A DNA stretch of 20,000 bases from an uncultured Methanosarcinales archaeon (GCA_964343575.1 CAYFJV010000001.1:645019-665018), one strand, 5' to 3'; shown: positions 1 to 7,169, numbered from the stretch's first letter. Numbers and translations are program-made. Notes: generated by a model from the letters alone, not told the origin.

Positions 1-1
1 A

Positions 2-532
2 GCAAAAGAATCAATTGAAGACTCGGCATTTGACGTGGTAAGACTCAAAGCTGATATGGCTGCAGAAGATGTAGCAAGAAAAGAAGATAAGGAAATCTTC
101 AGAGTATTAGAAAACACTACAAATACAGTCAGTCCAAAAACACCAGGAGAATTCGTGCAAGAAGACGTCGTCACGTTAAGAAATGCTGTGAACAAGAATA
201 ACTACAAAGCCAAATGGCTTATTGCACACCCTGATGACTTGGCACGTCTAGAAAAGGACCTTATTGGCAAAGGCTACAAGGCATTTGACAGGCTTGATGA
301 GGAAGGAATCCTTGGCAATGTAGCTGGCTTACAAGTCCTTGAAACCACTGCACTTAACCCAGGAACGATCCTTGCTCTTGACAGTAGAGCTGTGGTGTTA
401 GTGGAGAGACGTCCGCTCTCTATTGAGAATTTCACTGACCCGTTGAGAGATTTGGCAGGGGGAGTGACCATCACAGAGAGAGTAGCACCAGCCGTATTAG
501 ACGATAATGCTGTCGCAAAGATGACCTTGTAA
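2..532 (+). CDS. Major capsid protein, HK97 fold (C-terminal part; 5' end lies upstream of the window)
   Basis: Frame is open from base 2 (AKESIEDSAFDVVRLKADMAAEDVARKEDKEIF). It has capsid-type motifs WLIAHPDDLARL, GILGNVAGLQVLET and terminal ERVAPAVLDDNAVAK, and heads a head-neck-tail gene order. Confidence 0.85.
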   Translation, partial: AKESIEDSAFDVVRLKADMAAEDVARKEDKEIFRVLENTTNTVSPKTPGEFVQEDVVTLRNAVNKNNYKAKWLIAHPDDLARLEKDLIGKGYKAFDRLDEEGILGNVAGLQVLETTALNPGTILALDSRAVVLVERRPLSIENFTDPLRDLAGGVTITERVAPAVLDDNAVAKMTL

Positions 533-560
533 AGCTAAGCACAGCAAGGAGGAAGGATTA

Positions 561-1307
561 ATGGACATCAGTAGCTTGAAGACTCAGATAATCACAGAAT
601 CGAACAAATTCAGGTTAGCTCCGAAGCTCCTCCAACTGCAGAAAGTATCCGAAGGTGCGGCCACAAAAGTCACCAAAATCAAGAATGTGAATGGTGCAGT
701 AGTTCCTACTTTAGGATCTGCTCCCATTTCTCTTTTTGATGCAGATTCAGTTATTGTATTTTTTCTTACTCTTAAACTTCCGATCATGTTTTCTGCTGAA
801 GAATTTGAAGACAACGCTCTTAATGAGGTTCTTCAAAAATCATTCAAACAAACATTCCATTTAGCAAATACTGAAAACAGGCTCGTAGTTGATTCATTAA
901 TTGCTGGTGCTGGCAAAACTATTACCTCCCAAAGCAAACCTGATATAAGGGAGACTCCCGTTCTCGATAATTTTCTTGCTGCCATGAAGTTTATTGAAGA
1001 GAATGGGTACTCTCCCACTACAATTTTAGTGAACGCTGGTATTGCAGAATCATTACGGCAACGAGAAGAGTTAAAAGAAAAACTTGTCTCGTATGCTACT
1101 GAAGTTATCATTAACGTTGCAGTTCCAGATGATACAGTGATTATTCTTGATAGCAATCATGCAGGTCTTTTCTTAGAGAGAGTTCCTCTTGAGATTAATG
1201 ACTTTGCAGATCACTGGAACGGCAAGAAAGGATTCATCTTGAGGGAACGAGTAGCTCCTGTTATCACTGATGGAAATGCTGTGGCGGTGATCAAGAATGG
1301 GTCTTGA
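561..1307 (+). CDS. Second HK97-fold capsid-like protein (paralog of the upstream MCP)
   Basis: Aligns by eye with the upstream ORF: ILDSNHAGLFLERVPLEINDFAD...ERVAPVITDGNAVAVI vs ALDSRAVVLVERRPLSIENFTD...ERVAPAVLDDNAVAKM. GGAGG SD upstream. Confidence 0.8.
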   Translation: MDISSLKTQIITESNKFRLAPKLLQLQKVSEGAATKVTKIKNVNGAVVPTLGSAPISLFDADSVIVFFLTLKLPIMFSAEEFEDNALNEVLQKSFKQTFHLANTENRLVVDSLIAGAGKTITSQSKPDIRETPVLDNFLAAMKFIEENGYSPTTILVNAGIAESLRQREELKEKLVSYATEVIINVAVPDDTVIILDSNHAGLFLERVPLEINDFADHWNGKKGFILRERVAPVITDGNAVAVIKNGS

Positions 1308-2085
1308 GATTGAATACCTAGAACAATTGAAAGCAGCTTCAGATGCAATCAAAGCAGTAGCTGAAGCCATCACAGTTCAAGGAGATGGAAGTCTTAATGT
1401 CAATACTCAAAATCCAGTCGATATAGTAGCTATTAAAGACGGAGCTGATGATAATAAGAAAGCTCAAGTAAATGCAGCAGGCAGACTTCTTGTTGAAACT
1501 GAACAACAAGGTACAAATGATACTATTATAGTCGATCCAGATGATAACAATAAGAAAGCAAAAGTTGATGCTAATGGCAGACTTTTAGTAACAAGTGATG
1601 GTGGCGGAACTTCAGGATCAGTAACAATAGAAGATGCCAATGATTCGAATAAGAAAGTATTTGTTGATGCTTCAGGAAGATTGCTTGTAGCTTTACCTCC
1701 TCCTTCTCCTCCAGTCGGAACAACTGAAGTGAAGCAGACAAAGTTTGACGACGTTAATGGAAACAGTGCTGATTATGATTACTATGTTATTCCAAGTGGA
1801 GAAACTGTTCGTATTCAGAAACTTCTTGGATCATCTGAAGATAGGGGCAAGGATACGTATGTAGCGTTATGGTTAGACAATAACGGTGATACTCCTACTG
1901 GAAGTCAACGTGATGGACATCCAAACTGGGTTCTTATTGCAATGGCATTCACCAATATTAGCAATGTGAATTTTGATTTGAATGAAGAGATCATTGGAGA
2001 TGGGACAAAAAGAGTAGTGTTGCATCGTCGAAGAATGGAAGCAGGAAGACGATTAGTATTTGCGAGGTGGCAAGGGTATTACTAA
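1297..2085 (+). CDS. Repeat-containing putative virion protein (possible head fibre/decoration)
   Basis: 262 aa with three D-x-NKK-x-x-V-x-A-x-GRLLV repeats, a PPPSPP linker and a beta-rich C-terminal domain. GGTGAT SD upstream. Follows the capsid genes. Confidence 0.55.
   Translation: MGLEIEYLEQLKAASDAIKAVAEAITVQGDGSLNVNTQNPVDIVAIKDGADDNKKAQVNAAGRLLVETEQQGTNDTIIVDPDDNNKKAKVDANGRLLVTSDGGGTSGSVTIEDANDSNKKVFVDASGRLLVALPPPSPPVGTTEVKQTKFDDVNGNSADYDYYVIPSGETVRIQKLLGSSEDRGKDTYVALWLDNNGDTPTGSQRDGHPNWVLIAMAFTNISNVNFDLNEEIIGDGTKRVVLHRRRMEAGRRLVFARWQGYY
1432..1692 (+). repeat. Three imperfect intragenic repeats (period 96-99 nt)
   Basis: AATAAGAAAG at 1453, 1549 and 1648. Peptides IKDGADDNKKAQVNAAGRLLVE / IVDPDDNNKKAKVDANGRLLVT / IEDANDSNKKVFVDASGRLLVA. 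Confidence 0.9.
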
Positions 2086-2086
2086 C

Positions 2087-2479
2087 ATGACAGCAGAAAA
2101 ATACAAAGGAAAAGTAGAACTCTATGGACCGAACAATCCAATCAACCTCCCAACAAGCTACACCACAATCTTTGATATTATAGGAGAGGGTTTTATTGAC
2201 ATGCTCAAACTTTCTTTCACTAGCATTTCAAGAGTTTGGGTCAAAGTAACTATCGACAGTAATGTCTATTATGAGTTTGATCTTGCAGATCTGAGAAATA
2301 AAGTCAATCTCTCTCGTGACGAACAAGACACATATCTAAGTACTGCAAGAAATTCATTTGCAGATTCGTATCCTGTCCCCTTATTCTTTGAAGACTCTCT
2401 CAAAGTTGAAGTCAAAAAATCATCGGGTAACAGGAAGATCAAAGGAGGAATTATCAGGTATAGAATGAGGGGAGCGTAA
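2087..2479 (+). CDS. Hypothetical beta-rich protein (possible virion accessory)
   Basis: ORF track 2060..2479; ATG at 2087, immediately after the previous stop, is the more plausible start. Confidence 0.6.
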   Translation: MTAEKYKGKVELYGPNNPINLPTSYTTIFDIIGEGFIDMLKLSFTSISRVWVKVTIDSNVYYEFDLADLRNKVNLSRDEQDTYLSTARNSFADSYPVPLFFEDSLKVEVKKSSGNRKIKGGIIRYRMRGA

Positions 2480-2716
2480 ATGGTAACTGTACAAGAAAAA
2501 ATGGATACAATTGAAGCAGGGCCTAATTACGTCAGTGGTTCATTGATCATCAAAAGCAGTGATGATAGAGGAGTTGTCTTGAAATGGCTTGAACAATCCA
2601 ATGGAGTTGCTGAAAGAAAAGAGCATTTCATCCAATTAGATGAAGATGAATCAAACTTACCATTAGAAGAACGAACAGCAATCAATGATATTGAAATAGA
2701 ACCGCCAAGTGGGTGA
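2480..2716 (+). CDS. Hypothetical acidic protein, 78 aa
   Basis: Abuts the upstream stop; GGGGAG SD; tight operon packing. Confidence 0.6.
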   Translation: MVTVQEKMDTIEAGPNYVSGSLIIKSSDDRGVVLKWLEQSNGVAERKEHFIQLDEDESNLPLEERTAINDIEIEPPSG

Positions 2717-2722
2717 ACAACA

Positions 2723-2881
2723 GTGAGTAATTGGCAATACAAAGTGATCAGTAAACGAGTTAAGAATATTTCAGAGAAAGCACTCGATAAACTAGGCAAT
2801 AATGGATGGGAGCTCATATTCATGACCCAGCTTTGGAATGGCAAAGTTATTGCGGTCTTCAAAAGAGAAATTACGAGGTGA
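2723..2881 (+). CDS. Small DUF4177-like protein, 52 aa (not in ORF track)
   Basis: GTG start with GGGTGA SD (2711-2716). MSNWQYKVISKRVKNISEKALDKLGNNGWELIFMTQLWNGKVIAVFKREITR matches the W-x-YK...L-x-x-LG-x-x-GWEL...FKR pattern I recognise for DUF4177. Confidence 0.75.
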   Translation: MSNWQYKVISKRVKNISEKALDKLGNNGWELIFMTQLWNGKVIAVFKREITR

Positions 2882-2884
2882 ACT

Positions 2885-3109
2885 GTGGCAAGTAAGAACC
2901 AACCAGAGTATGACCCAAAGACAAGGGTAAAAGCTGCAGCTAAGCGATTCTTGAAAGGATTGCTCGCTACGCTTCTCGTTGCAGGAGTGCAATATGCAGC
3001 AGAGTTTGTGCAAGCAAGTGCAGACTTATTCCCTGCAGAATCAGCTTTGACAGGACTTGTTGTGTCTGTTCTCTTAGCATTAGAGAAGGGCCTACAAAAA
3101 GCAAAATGA
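2885..3109 (+). CDS. Small two-TM membrane protein (holin-like)
   Basis: GAGGTGA SD; two hydrophobic segments (FLKGLLATLLVAGVQYA; ALTGLVVSVLLALEK) with basic termini. Confidence 0.55.
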   Translation: MASKNQPEYDPKTRVKAAAKRFLKGLLATLLVAGVQYAAEFVQASADLFPAESALTGLVVSVLLALEKGLQKAK

Positions 3110-3213
3110 AACTGAGGGAGAGAATGTCGATTGAGTTTATGGTCTTAATTGGATGGATCATGATGAAATACAAACAAGTGAAAAAATGGCTCAAACAGAA
3201 TATACAACGGTAG
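3106..3213 (+). CDS. Putative 35-aa hydrophobic/basic peptide (not in ORF track)
   Basis: ATGA start/stop overlap with the previous gene; MKLRERMSIEFMVLIGWIMMKYKQVKKWLKQNIQR; fills the gap before 3186. Confidence 0.4.
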   Translation: MKLRERMSIEFMVLIGWIMMKYKQVKKWLKQNIQR

Positions 3214-3674
3214 CTATTGCGAAAGCAAGAGTTGGAGAGAATAATGTTAGCTCTGACATTCAGGACAGTGAGATCACTCAATGGATTCAAGAAGCCAGCA
3301 ACTTCATAGATTTATGTACGAAGAAAATAGGGAACAGCTGGCAACCAACTGATACATTATATCCAACAGTGCAACAGATTGTTACAGATCTGGTTGTGAT
3401 CAAACTGCTTCTGAGAATGAGCGGTGCTGGAAGCGGAACAACATCAGGACTCTCTTATAGAGTTGGTGATTTTTCAGTGGACAAGAAGAATGTGGACTCA
3501 TCTTCAGTAAAGGAAATCGCTATCTATGAGAAGAGTGCAAAAAATAGTTTAGCTGAATTGAAAGATCATCTCAGCGTTGATAAGACTACAAATTTTATCG
3601 GTGCTTCTGTAATTGAAGGTGACCCGTCCCCTCAAACCAACTTCGGAAGCAATGCTCCACAACGTGAGGAATAA
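3186..3674 (+). CDS. Head-tail adaptor/connector (SPP1 gp15/HK97 gp6-like)
   Basis: YTTVAIAKARVG...DSEITQWIQEASNFID...SYRVGDFSV pattern typical of adaptors; expected position after the capsid genes. Start taken at ATG 3186 (track start 3153). Confidence 0.75.
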   Translation: MAQTEYTTVAIAKARVGENNVSSDIQDSEITQWIQEASNFIDLCTKKIGNSWQPTDTLYPTVQQIVTDLVVIKLLLRMSGAGSGTTSGLSYRVGDFSVDKKNVDSSSVKEIAIYEKSAKNSLAELKDHLSVDKTTNFIGASVIEGDPSPQTNFGSNAPQREE

Positions 3675-4048
3675 TGGAAATCACTGGACAGGACTTTGAG
3701 AAAATAGTAGACCTGGACATCGGAATAGATGTAACTCTGCGAAGAAAGACTCAAACCATTGATCCAGATTATGGCAGTTTGATATCCGACTCATTCCAAG
3801 ATCACACTATTAAATTGGTGTGGCAAGAGGTTACAGGAGAAGTGGAGAATTTCAGGCCAGAAGGGGAATTTAAGATAGGAGACATCAAAGCGTATGCCAA
3901 ACAATCGTATGATGGAGGATCACTCATTCCCGATAGCAAAACAGATGTCATTCTTAAAGATGGAACGGAATATAAGATTGTAAAGATCACCACTAAAACT
4001 GCAGGCTCTGAAGTAATCTATAAGTTGCTACAGTTGAGAATAAATTAA
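3674..4048 (+). CDS. Head closure/stopper protein (SPP1 gp16-like)
   Basis: 124 aa, beta-rich (DVILKDGTEYKIVKI); TAATG-coupled to the adaptor; synteny. Confidence 0.65.
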   Translation: MEITGQDFEKIVDLDIGIDVTLRRKTQTIDPDYGSLISDSFQDHTIKLVWQEVTGEVENFRPEGEFKIGDIKAYAKQSYDGGSLIPDSKTDVILKDGTEYKIVKITTKTAGSEVIYKLLQLRIN

Positions 4049-4049
4049 T

Positions 4050-4811
4050 TTACACTTGCTTGAAGAATTCTGATGAAACCCATTTACCAAAAGTGTCTAG
4101 AATTGAAATAGCACTTTTTCTATCAGGAGATTTACTTTTTGCAATTTTCAAAACAGCATTTATTTCTTTTTTCTTTTCAGGATAATGTTTAACGAAAATG
4201 TTTGTCATTTCATTAAGACCAGTCGTCCAGTAATTTTCTTTTTCCATTACAATACTAAAAGCTGTTCTGATAATCTTTTTCATAATTGATTTTATATGTA
4301 AGTTTGCATCATCTTCATCTGCAGATTTGATCTTTCTTCTTGCTTCCTTAATGTTTTTATCAATATCTGAGTGTAGATTTCTAGCTAATTTTTTTGTTGG
4401 ACTAAACTTTATTGCCTTCTGATAAAGAGTCTCACCAAAGATTTTAACACTTAGAATAGTGAGGAAAAATCTCCAACCATATGATTCTTTACCACGTAAA
4501 ACTTCATTCTTATGTGTAACAGCGAAACCAACTTCCCTGAACGTTCTTTGATATTTTTGCGAAAGAGATTTTTCTAATTGTTTCAATTGATCTTTTAATC
4601 TTGTCGTTGGCTTTAATTTTAGAACAACCACAATATCTAAATCAGAAGTTGGAGATTTTGCCTGTCCTGTTGCAACACTTCCATACAAGTAAATACTGTG
4701 AATCTTATCAGAATATTTTAGCAACTCTGACTTAACATCTTTCAAGATTGGTCGATATTTTGCTGCAATTTTCTTGAGCGAGACCTCTTTTTTGATGTAA
4801 ACAGATTTCAT
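4050..4811 (-). CDS. Pol-beta superfamily nucleotidyltransferase with C-terminal helical domain (inserted, antisense)
   Basis: YLYGSVATGQAKSPTSDLDIVVV = GS...DxD signature. The only substantial minus-strand gene, visibly more AT-rich than its flanks. ATG at 4811 preferred over TTG at 4826. Confidence 0.85.
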   Translation of the reverse strand: MKSVYIKKEVSLKKIAAKYRPILKDVKSELLKYSDKIHSIYLYGSVATGQAKSPTSDLDIVVVLKLKPTTRLKDQLKQLEKSLSQKYQRTFREVGFAVTHKNEVLRGKESYGWRFFLTILSVKIFGETLYQKAIKFSPTKKLARNLHSDIDKNIKEARRKIKSADEDDANLHIKSIMKKIIRTAFSIVMEKENYWTTGLNEMTNIFVKHYPEKKKEINAVLKIAKSKSPDRKSAISILDTFGKWVSSEFFKQV

Positions 4812-4833
4812 ACATTGAAAGTACAACTTGGAA

Positions 4834-4842
4834 TATATAAAA
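4834..4842 (-). promoter_or_regulatory. Putative archaeal TATA box for the nucleotidyltransferase (leaderless transcript)
   Basis: Minus strand reads TTTTATATA, ending 23 nt before ATG 4811, which has no obvious SD. The element is nearly symmetric and could also act on the + strand. Confidence 0.5.
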
Positions 4843-4849
4843 GCTCCTG

Positions 4850-4871
4850 AAATAATATTAAGAAAAAAATA
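4850..4871 (+). promoter_or_regulatory. 22-bp motif copy 1 (AAATAATATTAAGAAAAAAATA), putative late promoter/regulatory site
   Basis: Identical to 15043..15064; both copies are separated from an ATG by 13 nt, in the context CT-ATGG. Confidence 0.65.
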
Positions 4872-4884
4872 CAGTCCTCATTCT

Positions 4885-5247
4885 ATGGTCAAGATAAGGG
4901 TAATTAGCCCTGACCTCAAGAAGCTAAAGAAGAAAGTAGATGCGTATGGTGACAAGGGCTTCAAGGAAGACGTGCATGAATCCATAAGGAAAGTGCTCCC
5001 GAAGATTCATGGAGATGCAGTGGTCAATGCTCCTGCTAAAACAGGGTTGTTGAAAGCATCGTTGCATGTTGGATTTGAAGATGACCTCACAGGCTTCATA
5101 GCTGATGGGGTATTTTACGGTGTCTTCCAGGAGGAAGGGACTCGGACAATACCGCCAAAGCATTTCATGAGAAATGCTGTCAATAAACATTTCCCAAGTG
5201 TGGGAGATGCAGTCAAAGTAAGCGTGCAAAAAAGATTCAATCAATAG
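4885..5247 (+). CDS. HK97 gp10-like tail completion/neck protein
   Basis: APAKTGLLKASL...YGVFQEEGTRTIPPKHFMRNAV is the typical HK97-gp10 signature. Start at ATG 4885 (track start 4828). Confidence 0.85.
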   Translation: MVKIRVISPDLKKLKKKVDAYGDKGFKEDVHESIRKVLPKIHGDAVVNAPAKTGLLKASLHVGFEDDLTGFIADGVFYGVFQEEGTRTIPPKHFMRNAVNKHFPSVGDAVKVSVQKRFNQ

Positions 5248-5290
5248 AATCTTAGCAAGCGTCTCTTCAAGAGTGAGGAGGGCTAAAGGA

Positions 5291-5752
5291 ATGGAAAAAG
5301 AACCAATAATCATAGTCCAAGATTTGCTACGGGCAGAACTCTACGACTATAATACAAGTAGAACTGGAGAATGGATTTATCCAGACTTCCCAAAAGTAAA
5401 CTTAGGAAATCCTTCTTACCCTCGGGTATCTGTTACAGATGCCGATGAGCCTGCTTCTAAGATAACTGTTGGAACAAAAGATGAAATGCAAACCATTGAC
5501 ATTGATATCAATGTATGGGTTAAGTCAGGAATCATCTATGAAAGAGACTCCGAACAGTTTGAAGGTACAAAGTTGCGAGATGCTATCGCCAGAGAGATAG
5601 TAGAACTATTGAGAACAAAGCAACTGGATTTAGATGCGCTAGGCTTGAGAAATTATCAGAGACTTGGGATGAAGCCCATTAATACGGAAGTTGCTGAAGG
5701 CGTTGTAAGAAAACAGATCACTGTCAGATTCCAAAGATCAGTGAAGCATTAG
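5291..5752 (+). CDS. Tail terminator/tail completion protein
   Basis: WIYPDFP...YPRVSV...IDINVWV pattern; lies between the gp10-like gene and the tail tube. Start ATG 5291. Confidence 0.65.
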   Translation: MEKEPIIIVQDLLRAELYDYNTSRTGEWIYPDFPKVNLGNPSYPRVSVTDADEPASKITVGTKDEMQTIDIDINVWVKSGIIYERDSEQFEGTKLRDAIAREIVELLRTKQLDLDALGLRNYQRLGMKPINTEVAEGVVRKQITVRFQRSVKH

Positions 5753-5810
5753 GTTGTGGTGAATTGAGTTGAAACCAAAACAAAATCAAAACAACGGAGG
5801 ATGATTAACC

Positions 5811-6278
5811 ATGACCTTATTTTTCGGAACACAAGGAAGCGTCGAGATTGACACAGTTCAATCCGAAAACATTACAGAGTGGAGTTTATCCACAAGTGCA
5901 GACATTGAGCAAATTAAGACCATTGGAAATTTCACCATCTTTGATGAAAAACCACTGGACTTAGTTGAAGGGAGTTTGAGTATCATTACTGATGATCCTG
6001 GCTTTGTTGGAAAGCTATTCGGTAATGTTGTGACTCAAGCAGACACTCCAGCTGCAGGAGATACTACAACAACCATTACTCTTGGAACTACAAGAACCAA
6101 GTTTAATGCAACATTCGATTACACTGATGCTGACGGTAATCAGTTTAAGATCGATTGTGTTGACTGCGTGGCCACTGATCACGAGTTTAGCAACGAAGCT
6201 GAAGGAATCTTTGAGGAGAGCTTCAGTTTCAATGTGAAACCTGAGAACATAACCATCACGCATGTCAAAAAGGCATAA
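5811..6278 (+). CDS. Major tail (tube) protein
   Basis: 155 aa, acidic, Thr-rich and beta-rich (ITEWSLS, VEGSLS, FEESFSF); strong GGAGG SD; precedes chaperone and tape measure. Confidence 0.75.
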   Translation: MTLFFGTQGSVEIDTVQSENITEWSLSTSADIEQIKTIGNFTIFDEKPLDLVEGSLSIITDDPGFVGKLFGNVVTQADTPAAGDTTTTITLGTTRTKFNATFDYTDADGNQFKIDCVDCVATDHEFSNEAEGIFEESFSFNVKPENITITHVKKA

Positions 6279-6301
6279 GCCTATTGACTAAACAATTAGG
6301 C
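6279..6301 (+). promoter_or_regulatory. Imperfect inverted repeat right after the tail tube stop
   Basis: GCCTA-TTG-actaaa-CAA-t-TAGGC. Confidence 0.35.
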
Positions 6302-6313
6302 GGGATCAGACTC

Positions 6314-6670
6314 ATGGAAGAACAACAAAAACCTAAAGAGGAAACAGAAAGCAAAGAAACGCCAAAAGAGAAGATGGAACAGCAAGAGTTCCGAAACATA
6401 ACCATATACCACATGCATAAGGATGTGGTTACGGAATTCAAGCAATGGTGTAAAATCCATGCTGGTAACAAATTCCCTGCTGGCATCGATCTTTTGCTTT
6501 CTAGGGCTAAAATGTATGACTCTCTCACACAAGTTGAGACGAGACTCGCTGCTGTAGAGCAGCAACTTGCCATGCTTCTGCCTGGTAAGAAGAGTGCCGA
6601 GGAGCATTCAGAAAAAACAGAAGTTAAGACCATAGGAGGTGCACAGCATGGCAAACAGACACAAGCTTAG
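6314..6670 (+). CDS. Putative ribbon-helix-helix-like protein with coiled coil
   Basis: NITIY (strand), KDVVTEFKQWCKIH (helix), FPAGIDLLLSRAK (helix), then heptads LTQVETRLAAVEQQLAML. Start ATG 6314. Confidence 0.45.
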   Translation: MEEQQKPKEETESKETPKEKMEQQEFRNITIYHMHKDVVTEFKQWCKIHAGNKFPAGIDLLLSRAKMYDSLTQVETRLAAVEQQLAMLLPGKKSAEEHSEKTEVKTIGGAQHGKQTQA

Positions 6671-6980
6671 AGATTTGTTGGCAAAGTCAAACGAAAAGAA
6701 AACTATCGAAGTTCCCTACAACGATGATGTTGTGGAAGTGGAGATCACTCCAGTAACCTTTGGAACAGTAATGTCCAAAGGAGGAGGCAAAGACCCAAGT
6801 GATAAGGAGATGACACGAGAGATCATCAAAGCAGCCACTGGCCTGTCAGATGAAGAAGTGAATAAGCTACCACTGGACTTTGTTCCTGCATTAGGAGATG
6901 CCATTTCCAAAGAATCAGGACTGGACAAATTGGCTCAAAGGCGAGCTGAACGTTTTCCAAGTCCTCAGAAGGGAGAGTAA
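6648..6980 (+). CDS. Tail assembly chaperone (gpG-like)
   Basis: AGGAGGTG SD before ATG 6648; ATGLSDEEVNKLP motif; located between tail tube and tape measure. Confidence 0.8.
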   Translation: MANRHKLRDLLAKSNEKKTIEVPYNDDVVEVEITPVTFGTVMSKGGGKDPSDKEMTREIIKAATGLSDEEVNKLPLDFVPALGDAISKESGLDKLAQRRAERFPSPQKGE

Positions 6981-7129
6981 TCTACATCCTTCTGAGGTAC
7001 TACGGATTAACGTGGGATCAGGTAGCGAAGCTGACCATGCCACAAGTTCACTTCATGCTCACTGCATATAACGAGGAGATCAAAGAAAAGAACAAGCAAA
7101 TGAAGCGAGCAAGAAGAAGAAAGCGATAG
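6950..7129 (+). CDS. -1 frameshift extension of the chaperone (gpT-like part of gpGT; not in ORF track)
   Basis: -1 frame open from 6950 to TAG 7129 with no suitable start of its own: FSKSSEGRVIYILLRYYGLTWDQVAKLTMPQVHFMLTAYNEEIKEKNKQMKRARRRKR. Confidence 0.75.
   Translation, partial: TFSKSSEGRVIYILLRYYGLTWDQVAKLTMPQVHFMLTAYNEEIKEKNKQMKRARRRKR
6953..6997 (+). other. Programmed -1 ribosomal frameshift signal (T_TTT, 6-nt spacer, stem-loop)
   Basis: CGT TTT CCA AGT followed by a perfect 10-bp inverted repeat CCTCAGAAGG (6963-6972) / CCTTCTGAGG (6988-6997), with inner AGA-GTAA-TCT. Confidence 0.7.
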
Positions 7130-7169
7130 CTTCCTGCGAGGACAGGTGAAACACAATGGGATGTAAGCA

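Noticed and set aside
4041..4052. Palindrome TAAATTAATTTA at the left edge of the nucleotidyltransferase
   Set aside because: Largely explained by two convergent TAA stops in AT-rich sequence. No matching terminal repeat or target duplication at the other end, and no transposase.
4050..4811. Nucleotidyltransferase as part of a CBASS or MNT-HEPN toxin-antitoxin pair
   Set aside because: No partner gene on the same strand and no clear RxxxxH HEPN motif seen; subfamily cannot be assigned without a profile search.
5291..6278. Contractile tail sheath or contractile injection system
   Set aside because: No sheath-sized gene between terminator and tube, no recognisable baseplate wedge genes, and capsid and neck genes are present.
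6971..6977. G_GGA_GAG as a lambda-like (GGGAAAG) slippery site
   Set aside because: The A-site codon could not re-pair well, and the site lies inside the stem-loop rather than upstream of it. Not fully excluded.
6952..7071. +1 frame after the chaperone (VFQVLRRESNLHPSEVLRI...) as the frameshift product
   Set aside because: It is shorter and leaves a gap before the tape measure. The -1 frame has the more typical YGLTWDQVAKLT...EEIKE pattern and fills the interval.
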